Under the pieces are notes generated by a model. It saw nothing but the letters and a program-made list of their open reading frames with translations, was not told the DNA's origin and did no database searches. Shown piece after piece: positions 37,791 to 47,724 of a stretch of 47,724 nucleotides of DNA (the first letter of the stretch is position 1; the number at the start of each line of letters is the position of its first letter). The stretch is taken from assembly GCF_001194135.2 (NCBI RefSeq), contig NC_068985.1:89917230-89964953 (forward strand), read 5' to 3'. Origin of the DNA: Octopus bimaculoides. Its lineage: Eukaryota. Both the position numbers and the translations under genes were made by a program.

Positions 37791-39323
37791 ATTACTGTTC
37801 GGCAGCAAAAGATGAATGTAATATATATCCGACTTGTAGTCACTGAGTTCCATTTAATATGTCGTCGATAATCTGTACCACATGGTCGCATTTTAGTCAC
37901 TAAATATATATATAAGAACAGAATTATAATGTTTTTGTCATTCAAGTTTTAAGATTAAATTATTGATGTTAATTGCAAGTACCATTCCAAAGATTAAAGC
38001 GCACTATAAAAACATATTTGTATTAGAAAGTTTTGTTAAAACAGTCGAAATATATTTTCGCTGCGAGCAAAGAGTGGTGTTTAAGAAATACAATTCTCAA
38101 TTATGAGTATGCTGTCTATATCCCCAGTCTGGGATATTGAGCGATTCTCGGTTACCAAATCTCGTCAATAAACAAGTACTGCGTGGAAACTTGTCAGTCG
38201 GTGTGTCAGCACAAATAATACGATGTGGGAATCGTCTAAAATACTTTATCACACTCATTTTGGCAGTGCATAACGTTAAAAATGAACGTATCTGTGGACA
38301 GTAGGCTCATGCTATAACATTGTGCATTTACTTTTGATTCACAGAACAAAATTAATATATCAAATAGCATTCCGCCGATTATATATGTGTGAATTCTCGT
38401 GCATTACTCGTTGAATGTGAGGTTTTATTTCACTTTGTGACATTACTACCCTACTGTCATGCATTGCTTCTTTACTGTTAGATATTTACCTCTGGTATAC
38501 ATAGATCCATCTATGATCGAATGCATGTGATTAACACTCATCTATTTTTTTCTAGGTTTGTACTTCCGGGTTTTCCTTCGTTAATGATATTGGTTTCTGA
38601 TTCTTCAGTTGAGATATCTTGTATAATTAGCAGGAAGGGTGACCCCTTCGAGATGTTTTCGTTAACTCAAATGACTACAATAATCATAGCGCCGTACATT
38701 CACTATGTCGATACAATAACATATTTATTTACACGAAGAAATATGAATATTTGAAGAGTGCATCGACTGCTGCGTAATAATAACAGTCAGAGCTGTACTA
38801 ATTTACAGGCGTGTTTCATTTATCCACGCATTCTTTAAAATATTTTACTGTACATATTTTTATATATTTACTGTAAATAATTTTGTTATTTTTTTAGATA
38901 ATGTATTGAATCTGGATTATATTAATCTTATTTTAACTTTAGACTGAACAGTATTACAAAGTTTACAATAAATACCACATGCGCTAATAAGCTGCTATCT
39001 AAAAACAGCAGCTGCTGCAATATTTCGTAACTTTTATCGCATTTTGATTTATATTTTCTGGTACACAACAGGATTTGTCTTTTGATGGTTGTTGTTTTTT
39101 ATTAGTGTTTAACTGTTGTTTCTTTTGAATGTATTTCAGTTTGTAGATAACTAGAAATATGGAAATCTAAGCAACACTCCATATATTCTATAGGTTTTCT
39201 ATTAATCCGTGGCTCGAAATGGAAAGAGGAGATAATGAGACATTATCATCTCTTTGCATGCTACGGAAAAATAATAAAAGCAAACACTGATAGAGCTATC
39301 GGAAAGGTTCCTTTCTACCTCAG

Positions 39324-39375
39324 TTGACATGATATATTTTCTTTTACAAAGAATTGTTCGGTATAACATAGCCAG
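39324..39375 (+). CDS. Candidate coding exon (xDMIYFLLQRIVRYNIAx, phase 1 to 2)
   Basis: Acceptor TTCCTTTCTACCTCAG, consensus donor CAG|GTAAGT. Confidence 0.25.
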
Positions 39376-40315
39376 GTAAGTACCTGAGAAAAATGAATGA
39401 AAGCAGTGCAGCATAATTTTTATTTCTTATGTGTCTAAAGCTTGAAAAGGAAAGCCTCAATGGATAATTATTTATTTGCGACAACTGTTGCAAAGGTATT
39501 TCTGATAGCTGGAAAAGATGTTAAGAATATGTTCACGTAACGTACATTTCATTGCTTATGTCCTCAATACTCTGTGACAGTATTATATTTAAACCAAACT
39601 CCCATTACGAATTATACAATTTTCAAGCTTTTCCTTGGTCGATAAAAAGGAATCCCGATAAATGCATAGCTATTATGTAATGAAATTTGAAATTAATTGT
39701 CATTGAGACCGAATCTATTTTGGAAAGATTCTTGACGAAGTTTATTTCATTACGAAACTCTTATCTCAGCACCAGTAATTAGACTTTGAGATGGATACTT
39801 CTTCATATTAATATATTAATCCTTCTTTCTGCAGCACGTTGACATTAGATACACGAGATGCAATCTTAGATATAGTAGTCATTTTCTGATTCATTCGAAA
39901 ACTAGGCTTATCTACTTTTAAATGAATCTTACAAGCAATATACACGAGATGTTTTGAAGTAGATATGTCGATTTCCCACAGTTTGATGTCGCAACATCTA
40001 GAAATCAAACATCTTTCTATTATATAGTTTTAAATTGCGATGCATTATGCCTTAGAAATTTTATATTCTTTCTACAATTATACTTTCTAGCGGGCGATTT
40101 TACCTAGTATTTAAGTAGCGTTCTTTTTGTTGAAGTTTAGAAATATTGATCCTGCATAATTTACGTCGGAATGAAGATGCACGAGTATCACAGTCGATTA
40201 TCTAATGTAGGATAGAATATAAAAATTTTGTGAATCACAGATTCGTCCATTGTTAGAAAGTCAGACACATCTTATATATGTGATAAAGAATATCAATATA
40301 TACCTATTCTTATAG

Positions 40316-40403
40316 TTTGCGGCTTGAGAAGTTGAAGGAAAATGTATTAAATCCAACGGCGAAATATGCACTCAAACTTGCGCTCTTGTTACAAGTGTTG
40401 TAA
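40316..40403 (+). CDS. Candidate (terminal?) coding exon xLRLEKLKENVLNPTAKYALKLALLLQVL*
   Basis: Acceptor ATACCTATTCTTATAG; only the phase-2 frame is open, up to TAA at 40401-40403. Confidence 0.2.
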
Positions 40404-41226
40404 TATTACAGCTAAACAAAACACGGATATGTATATTCGGTTCGTATCTATTTGATACAAATGTTATTTATCGATACTGAGCGAGTAAAGCGAACTATGC
40501 CGCTGTAGCTTCCATCACATTCAAGCACAAATCTATTGCATTCATCTAGTCGAGTAATGTTATTTTCTTATAGTTTATACAGAGGAATCGATTGTTAAAA
40601 CCAATATCTTTTTTAGTTTATATTTTTCTTAACTTCATACTGTATTCTTAATTGAATTTTACTTCAAATATCTTCCAGGAAAATTCCAAGAATTAAGGTG
40701 TGTTAGTTTGATGTAAAGTATCAGCGTTGACAGCATTGGTTCAACAGATATTCTACTCGCTTCGCATTCTCCCCGAACAAAATTATTTCCCCGAGCAAAA
40801 ATGAGAATTATTTTGTTTTCTTTAATATTTTCCTTAATGAAATGAATTATATTAAGAATATTTTTTTCATAAATGAAACACAATGAGTTCAACTCTATTA
40901 TTTGCTCAGGGCATTTCATTTAATCGGTATTTGTAAGATTTAAGCTCATTATTGTACGTTTCAGAACGATTACTATTTAACATTCTATAATGGCTCGGGG
41001 TTATTTTATTGACACGAGAAATAAAAAAAAGATTTTGTATTCAGAATACATATATATATATGATTCAAATTGTAGCTTAATAACCTGATATCAGAAACGA
41101 TATTTCTAGTATTTCCTGTCATTAGTAAATGGTGTATAATCTTTTTTTATACGAACAAACGACCTCTAAAGTAAGAAAATATAAGACACTCTTCTTGATA
41201 TGTTTTCTTGTAGCAAGTTACTAGTA

Positions 41227-41340
41227 CAGCAATCCCTCGACTATCGCGGATGTTACGCCCCCCCCCCCGTTGTAGGTGAAAATCCCTGAAGTAGAAATAG
41301 TTCTGTATATTTATTTTTTTATCATTTTCATAATTTGTAT
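41227..41340. mobile_element. pogo/Tigger-like MITE fragment (same family as 35222-35447, opposite orientation)
   Basis: TA|CAGCAATCCCTCGACTATCGCGGATGTTAC ... GGTGAAAATCC; far end not located. Confidence 0.55.
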
Positions 41341-41744
41341 ATATTTTATTATAAATACAAAACAACGCCGAACAAATCCCCGACAGTATATATTTTCAGT
41401 ATGGTATTTCATCCATTGGTATCTTCTGCTGAAGATTAAAAANNNNNNNNNNNNNNNNNNNNNNNNNNNNNNNNNNNNNNNNNNNNNNNNNNNNNNNNNN
41501 NNNNNNNNNNNNNNNNNNNNNNNNNNNNNNNNNNNNNNNNNNNNNNNNNNNNNNNNNNNNNNNNNNNNNNNNNNNNNNNNNNNNNNNNNNNNNNNNNNNN
41601 NNNNNNNNNNNNNNNNNNNNNNNNATATATATATATATATGTGTGTATATACAAACGTACATACATGCATACATACATACATACATATATACATACATAC
41701 ATACATATAGTGGGTCTGATGAGTAACTTGTCACAATATCATAT

Positions 41745-42000
41745 TTTTTATTTCGCGCAGACGCGTTATCTCTTGGTTATTTTGTCGACGACACAGTAGA
41801 GAAGGATCAGTTGGGCGCTGTTTTGTGAGAAAAAGATCACCATGATGCAATTCACTCTTCCAGAAATTTAGAAGCGATATACTGTATTGCTTGGCATTTT
41901 CGCCGGAAGCTCCAATGCAAATATTTCAGAGCATTTAGGTATCAGTCTGAGGACACTGAAAACTAAGATCATATACCGTGAGTGATAAAAATGAAGCATT
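41745..42000 (+). mobile_element. 5' fragment of the same maT-like family as 16892-17753
   Basis: CATGATGCAATTCACTCTTCCAGAAATTTAG...GGCATTTTCGCCGGAAGCTCCAAT...CTGAGGACA aligns with 17017-17130. Confidence 0.7.
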
Positions 42001-42584
42001 TGATATGTTTATCGTAAATGGTGAATCAGAAAAAAAACTTTGCTACACACTGTAAATAATAAATATATAGTACTAACGTAAACTGTTGAAATCCATATCT
42101 CATTGTAAAATTTAGGCTTCACAAACATATACCGTGTAGGTATAACGTGTCTGTCATTTTCCTACATAGTTGTATGTAGAGTAACCATTCCAAAATCGAG
42201 AAAAGTTCTAATTGTTGACAAATACTTTATCAAATACAGTCGCTTCTCTGAAAGAGTTACTTACATAGCTATCTTAGCACGTTTGTAGCTTGACCCATTA
42301 TCTACATTAAATTGACGAGCATATATTTGCCTTCTTTTGTGAATTATGTAGGATATGCGGAGCTCACCAATTATTATAGGATAAATCATGAACTGATATA
42401 TTTCTTATTTAATAATTGTTTTTTTTTTTCATGCTGAATAAAAATCGTATTTCGCTGTTCGACAATGCAAAACACAAAAAGATATATTTGTAAATTACTG
42501 ATAAAAGAGAACACGATTGTCTTGTAACTATTAAGTGCTTACTTGATTTAAGATGAAATTGTAATTAATAATGCAAACACAAAT

Positions 42585-42615
<31 letters not shown>

Positions 42616-42858
42616 CACACATACACACACACATACACACACACATACACACACACACATACGCACACACACACACACTGATANNNNNNNNNNNNNNNNN
42701 NNNNNNNNNNNNNNNNNNNNNNNNNNNNNNNNNNNNNNNNNNNNNNNNNNNNNNNNNNNNNNNNNNNNNNNNNNNNNNNNNNNNNNNNNNNNNNNNNNNN
42801 NNNNNNNNNNNNNNNNNNNNNNNNNNNNNNNNNNGAGAGAGAGAGAGAGAGAGAGAGA
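42585..42858. repeat. (CA)n-gap-(GA)n microsatellite
   Basis: Directly visible; gap 42684-42834. The same arrangement occurs at 4650-4888. Confidence 0.9.
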
Positions 42859-44414
42859 GGAAGCTCGAGGAAGCAGTATATTCTAGTTAGGGATATATAA
42901 TTCTGTTAGCATTGAATTATATGATAGTAAATTTTAAATGATTTTGTTTATTGTTGTTGAGACGAGCATTGGGGGATATCATTTGGGCATTTGGGGGACA
43001 AACATGCTTTATGGACTCTGAAGTTCTGACAGCGCAAATGTATATAATTTCATGGATTGTCAATTAGAAAGCCTGAAATTTAATGAAAAACAGAATGAGA
43101 CCTTTAGTCCGTAATACATTATGAGGGAAACGACATATAATTTATGATAATGGATATTTAGATTGAAAACCTATGCATGCCGTTCGAAATTTAATCTTCA
43201 ATAGATTGTTTTATGTTTTCATCAAGGATCAAATGATATTGCAACAAATGGAGAAAGAGTATATAACACGTGATAAAAAGTAAATGAAAAAAAAAACAAT
43301 GGATATTCCCGATGTACAAAATCATCACCTACTTGAAATAGCTATCAATCATCCTTGCAATACAACAATACTGAATTAAGAAAGAAAGAAAGGACGGAAG
43401 AAAGGAAGAAAGGAAGTTTTGTTTGGTGGAAAATATGTAAATAATTTATGAAATGGTGGAATTTGCAAAACCTTCGGTCATAATGTGTGTGAAAATGGCT
43501 CATCTCGGCCTAAAAGCAACGCATAGACCATAATATCATAATGAAATCTAATATACTGACTTCGAAATATAAGGATGTGTTTTCAATTAAAAAGATCTTT
43601 TACAAAGACTAAATTGTAGCAGACTCAGAAAAAAAGTTTCAAGTACAGGATGTAGCAGATGAAGAAGGAAAACCAGAATCCTTACGACCATTTGTTTGAC
43701 GTCACAGAAATTAGTTAACGGATTACGATATTTTCATGTAACCAGTCTTTTCTTGGTTTTCATGAATTAGAATCCCGTTTTGGACCGATGTGCATCCTGC
43801 CTTGGCAAGTGTAATGTTTATCTGGCTTTTCTTTCTATAGCCTGTATTATAAGTGATACAAGATCGTATCTCCACTACTATTTATAAAATTATGGGTCAC
43901 ACAATCTTCAATTTTCACTTCTACAAATTTTCTAAGATAGTTTATAAAAATCGATATAAAATATTTGAATTAGACTTTCAATCACGTACGGATTTCCGTC
44001 AGTTTTGCATCTTATCATTTAACATTTCGATGTTTGAAACTTAAATCCTCTACATTGCTTAATTATACTAATCAGTAAAATGTGAAATGCCATTACTCTA
44101 CCAATCGAGATTTGCCTATTATCTAAAAAAAACAAAACAAAACAAAACAATACGTTTTACCTGAAAACACCCGAAGAATCGATTTCTTAATGGCGGTTTC
44201 CAAGTGCAGTAAATTGACATCGATACTGCAATCAAGAAAATAACCATTAACAACGCCATAGGTACCACCCTGCCACTATGCCGATTAACATTCCACTCCT
44301 TATCTTCCTCAACACTTTTATATAACTTTATACTTTGTGATATTTCTTCTTTCCGACCTTCAATTCCACAAATTATTACTTTTATTTTCCTTTCATTTCT
44401 CAGAGTTCTGAAAT

Positions 44415-44915
44415 ACTCTTGTTCATGTTACTTCTGTAAGAGAGGACAACAGCCTGTTGTCAAGGATCTCACAGGGTCACATTCTACGGTACTTAGCATC
44501 CAAATGCCAATAACAAAATTTATGTTGTTCCCACTAAAGTATTTTTCTGTGCATCTTCCACCATCATATCAATCCTAATTTCTCAACCCAGTAGCTGTTG
44601 GGACTGTAAAAATACTACAACTACTGGGATAACATTTACTTTCTTCAATGCCCACATTCGTACAGTGTCATGCTTTAGTGGCGTATGTTTGTCAATATTT
44701 TCTAGTTCTTTATCATCCACACATGTATCTCATAGTATGGCAATACTAATGATCTAGGGTTCCTTCTGCATTTTTACAACTACAGCTATGTCTGAATCAC
44801 TCTGACTTATAAAATTCCCACAAAAGGCTTATAGTCATTATTCTCGAAGACGCCTTCTGGGTCACACATGCCATTTTACTGTCTACTCAAGACCATACCT
44901 CTTTCACAATTTCCA
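44415..44915 (-). mobile_element. 3' remnant of a second RLE-type non-LTR retrotransposon
   Basis: Minus-strand fragments DPEGVFENNDYK/LWEFY, SDIAVVVK, IISIAIL*DTCVDDKELENIDKHTPLKHDTVRMWALKKVNVIPVVV, WVEKLG, VEDAQKNTLVGTT, colinear with the remembered RLE C-terminus; multiple frameshifts. Confidence 0.75.
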
Positions 44916-45006
44916 ATAGAATAATTGGCTTTTCTATTATTATTATTCAGTAGTTTTATTTTTATAACGTGCTTTCACTTCACTACCGAGCGCAGCTCTG
45001 TGCGCA

Positions 45007-45041
<35 letters not shown>

Positions 45042-45042
<1 letters not shown>

Positions 45043-45215
45043 AGTGCCAAAGTGGCAGAACCGATAGCCATTTAGATAAAACGTTTAGCAGCGTTTCCTA
45101 CCACATTTAATATCACCGAGGTTGAACTTTGGATTTCAAACTTTGAAGTCAATAAAATATGTACCAGTCCAACACTGGGTTCGATGTAAACGATTAGCCG
45201 CCTCCCCTAAAATAA
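45042..45215 (+). mobile_element. SINE family B, degenerate, preceded by (TTA)n
   Basis: GTGGCAGAACCG ... CACCGAGGTTGAACTTTGGATTTC ... TGTACCAGTCCAACACTGGGTTCGATGTAAACG. Confidence 0.65.
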
Positions 45216-45489
45216 TGTCATATACATATATATATGTATGTATATATAAATACATATGTATTCATGTATGGATATAATATTTTTCCGTACAAGATTTGCA
45301 GGATGATTTGTAAAACTCGTCCATAGTTATTGGGTAGCTGATGTCATCAGCAGTAGATATGTACATGCTACTGAACTTACCTCAGTTTCGTGGTGTCTCA
45401 GGTTTTATATAAATTGATCAATGACTGAAACCGGTATCCACACGGTTCCTTAATTAGATAGATATATATAGATAGATAAATGTTATATG

Positions 45490-46237
45490 TGCTTCAATTC
45501 ATATCCCCATTGCCAAGATGGCAACAATGTACAGAGAACTGGCAGGACTAATACTAAGGTTCGTCAAGACAAGAAACCAAGAATTTATATTAAACCTGTG
45601 GAGGACCTTTGTTCACCACCACTTGGACTACTGCTCTTCGCTAGGGTCGTCACATAGTGCCAAACTAACAGCGGGGCTTGACGCAATCTAACGCTAATAC
45701 TCAAAAAAGATCATAACAGTGCAGTGCAGGGGCTACATGGGGACTCTGAAAAAACTGCGACTTTAATTACTGGAGCGAAAGCGTGAGCGACATATACTCT
45801 TTATATGGAAACCACTTGACGGGATGGTAGCCAAATTCAGCATCGAATCTTATACAGAAATAAGAACTAGACGCAGTTGTATTGCACAAAATGTACCTTC
45901 AAATCCATCTTAATTCAAAGCTAGGTACTGCAACAGCCTAGGGTTCCAAGGCTTATATCTCTCCAATACGCTGCCACAAAAACTAGGAAAACTAAGTGTG
46001 GACGTACATGTATCAAAACGTAAATAGTCATTCTTCTCTTCACAATACCGGATGCATCAACGGCACAACATGATGTACAGACGAAGGTAGCGGAATCAAG
46101 CTTCCTCATACCTTAAATGGACCAACAGGCGCATGCAGGAGTAGTGATGAGAAAGCCTCCAGTCTGAGGAAAATAGCAAGACCACGGTGGTGCTCCAGCA
46201 TGACTGCAGCTGCATGGCTGGACCGAATGAAAGAATA
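45490..46237 (+). mobile_element. Decayed L2/CR1-group LINE 3' end (RT C-terminus plus 3' UTR/tail)
   Basis: Translates KTRNQEFILNLWRTFVHHHLDYCSSLGS...TLKKLRL*LLERKRERH...IWKPLDGMV...RYCNSLGFQG...NTLP, matching the L2/CR1 motifs LDYCS..W.P and L..L.L.SLE.RR; in-frame stops. Confidence 0.8.
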
Positions 46238-46882
46238 TATGCATATATATATCTGTGTGTGTGGGTGTATGCATGTATATATATAGAGAGAGATAGAGAG
46301 GCGCGCGCGCACGCTTAAATACCTTTATATACATATATACACACACACTTAAATAGCTGCATATATATACACACGCACACATATATGCGTACATATATAT
46401 ATATATATATANNNNNNNNNNNNNNNNNNNNNNNNNNNNNNNNNNNNNNNNNNNNNNNNNNNNNNNNNNNNNNNNNNNNNNNNNNNNNNNNNNNNNNNNN
46501 NNNNNNNNNNNNNNNNNNNNNNNNNNNNNNNNNNNNNNNNNNNNNNNNNNNNNNNNNNNNNNNNNNNNNNNNNNNNNNNNNNNNNNNNNNNNNNNNNNNN
46601 NNNNNNNNNNNNNNNNNNNNNNNNNNNNNNNNNNNNNNNNNNNNNNNNNNNNNNNNNNNNNNNNNNNNNNNNNNNNNNNNNNNNNNNNNNNNNNNNNNNN
46701 NNNNNNNNNNNNNNNNNNNNNNNNNNNNNNNNNNNNNNNNNNNNNNNNNNNNNNNNNNNNNNNNNNNNNNNNNNNATATACACATATACATCTCTTCTTC
46801 GTTTTCTATGTAAACACTCTCACGTTATTTTTGAAACATGTAAATATATTGTCTACTTCCATCATCGACCTTGTGGCAAATA

Positions 46883-46909
46883 CACCGAAATTGTTATTAT
46901 TATTATTAC

Positions 46910-46966
<57 letters not shown>

Positions 46967-47012
46967 CATTATTATTATTATCATTATTATTATTGTTGTT
47001 GTTGTTGTTGTT
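46883..47012. repeat. (TTA)n/(TTG)n microsatellite
   Basis: Directly visible. Confidence 0.95.
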
Positions 47013-47681
47013 GATGTAATTTTCATAAACATATTTTTTTTTCTTTTGGTTTTTATATCAAACATTAATTTTAGCAACATTGCAATCTTTGAAACCTTTC
47101 TTTAAAGGCCACTTTTTTGTACAATATTCGGTCGTTTCTATGCCATAATATAACTCGCCAAGGTTTTATACTTTTGAAGATCTCAGACGTTCTTGCATAA
47201 AAGTCAGTACTTTATTCAGTTTTGCATAAAATTCCCTTAAAACACGCATCAAACGCACACCACAAACATTCATACATTTACATCCATATACACACATTCT
47301 AATACACACCAGGGTACAAACACACCACACAAGTAATCACACATTGATATAAACACACTCAGAAACTCATAGGAAAACACTCAATTACTTCGACGAAAAT
47401 AATTTAGTGAGAAAGACATCAAGTAAAACTTGATCGCTTTCTGTAATCTTTAATACATTCAAACGAGAAGTTTGATGTAGGCTTTAAAAGACGCCAGTAA
47501 GATTTTGTACCCAAAAAATGTATATATTTTGTCTCATAAAATAATAAGCACACGACGACACGCACACATTCGAAAAGTGTAGATAAACATATGCAGCGGT
47601 AAGTATATGCATATATTATAGTATATATACATATACACATATATGCATGATGCATATGCACACACACACATACACCCACAT

Positions 47682-47724
<43 letters not shown>

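Noticed and set aside
41715-41745. CTGATGAG as another hammerhead core
   Set aside because: No stem II and no downstream GAAA.

Overview
AT-rich eukaryotic genomic DNA from a gapped scaffold: 10 N-gaps, nearly all abutting microsatellites. There is no prokaryotic content, no CRISPR array, no rRNA, and no long genuine ORF; the long ORFs in the track are N-gap or microsatellite artefacts. The repeat content resembles, from memory, Octopus SINE families, so a coleoid cephalopod intronic/intergenic region is inferred but not verified. The window contains three dispersed tRNA-headed repeat families (called A, B and C here), decayed LINE 3' fragments (two RLE-type, one L2/CR1-type, one RTE-like), a DD37D (maT) Tc1/mariner remnant, a hAT remnant, pogo/Tigger-like MITEs, and several short splice-site-flanked candidate exons that I cannot assign to a gene. 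The most interesting signal is family C: tRNA-like Pol III head + (AAT)n + a tail that folds into a minimal type-I hammerhead ribozyme of the Penelope-associated kind, with stem I covarying between copies. One insertion of it is a head-to-head palindromic dimer bounded by a 13-bp direct repeat. A near-perfect 259-bp duplication also carries a possible 72-nt exon in both copies.
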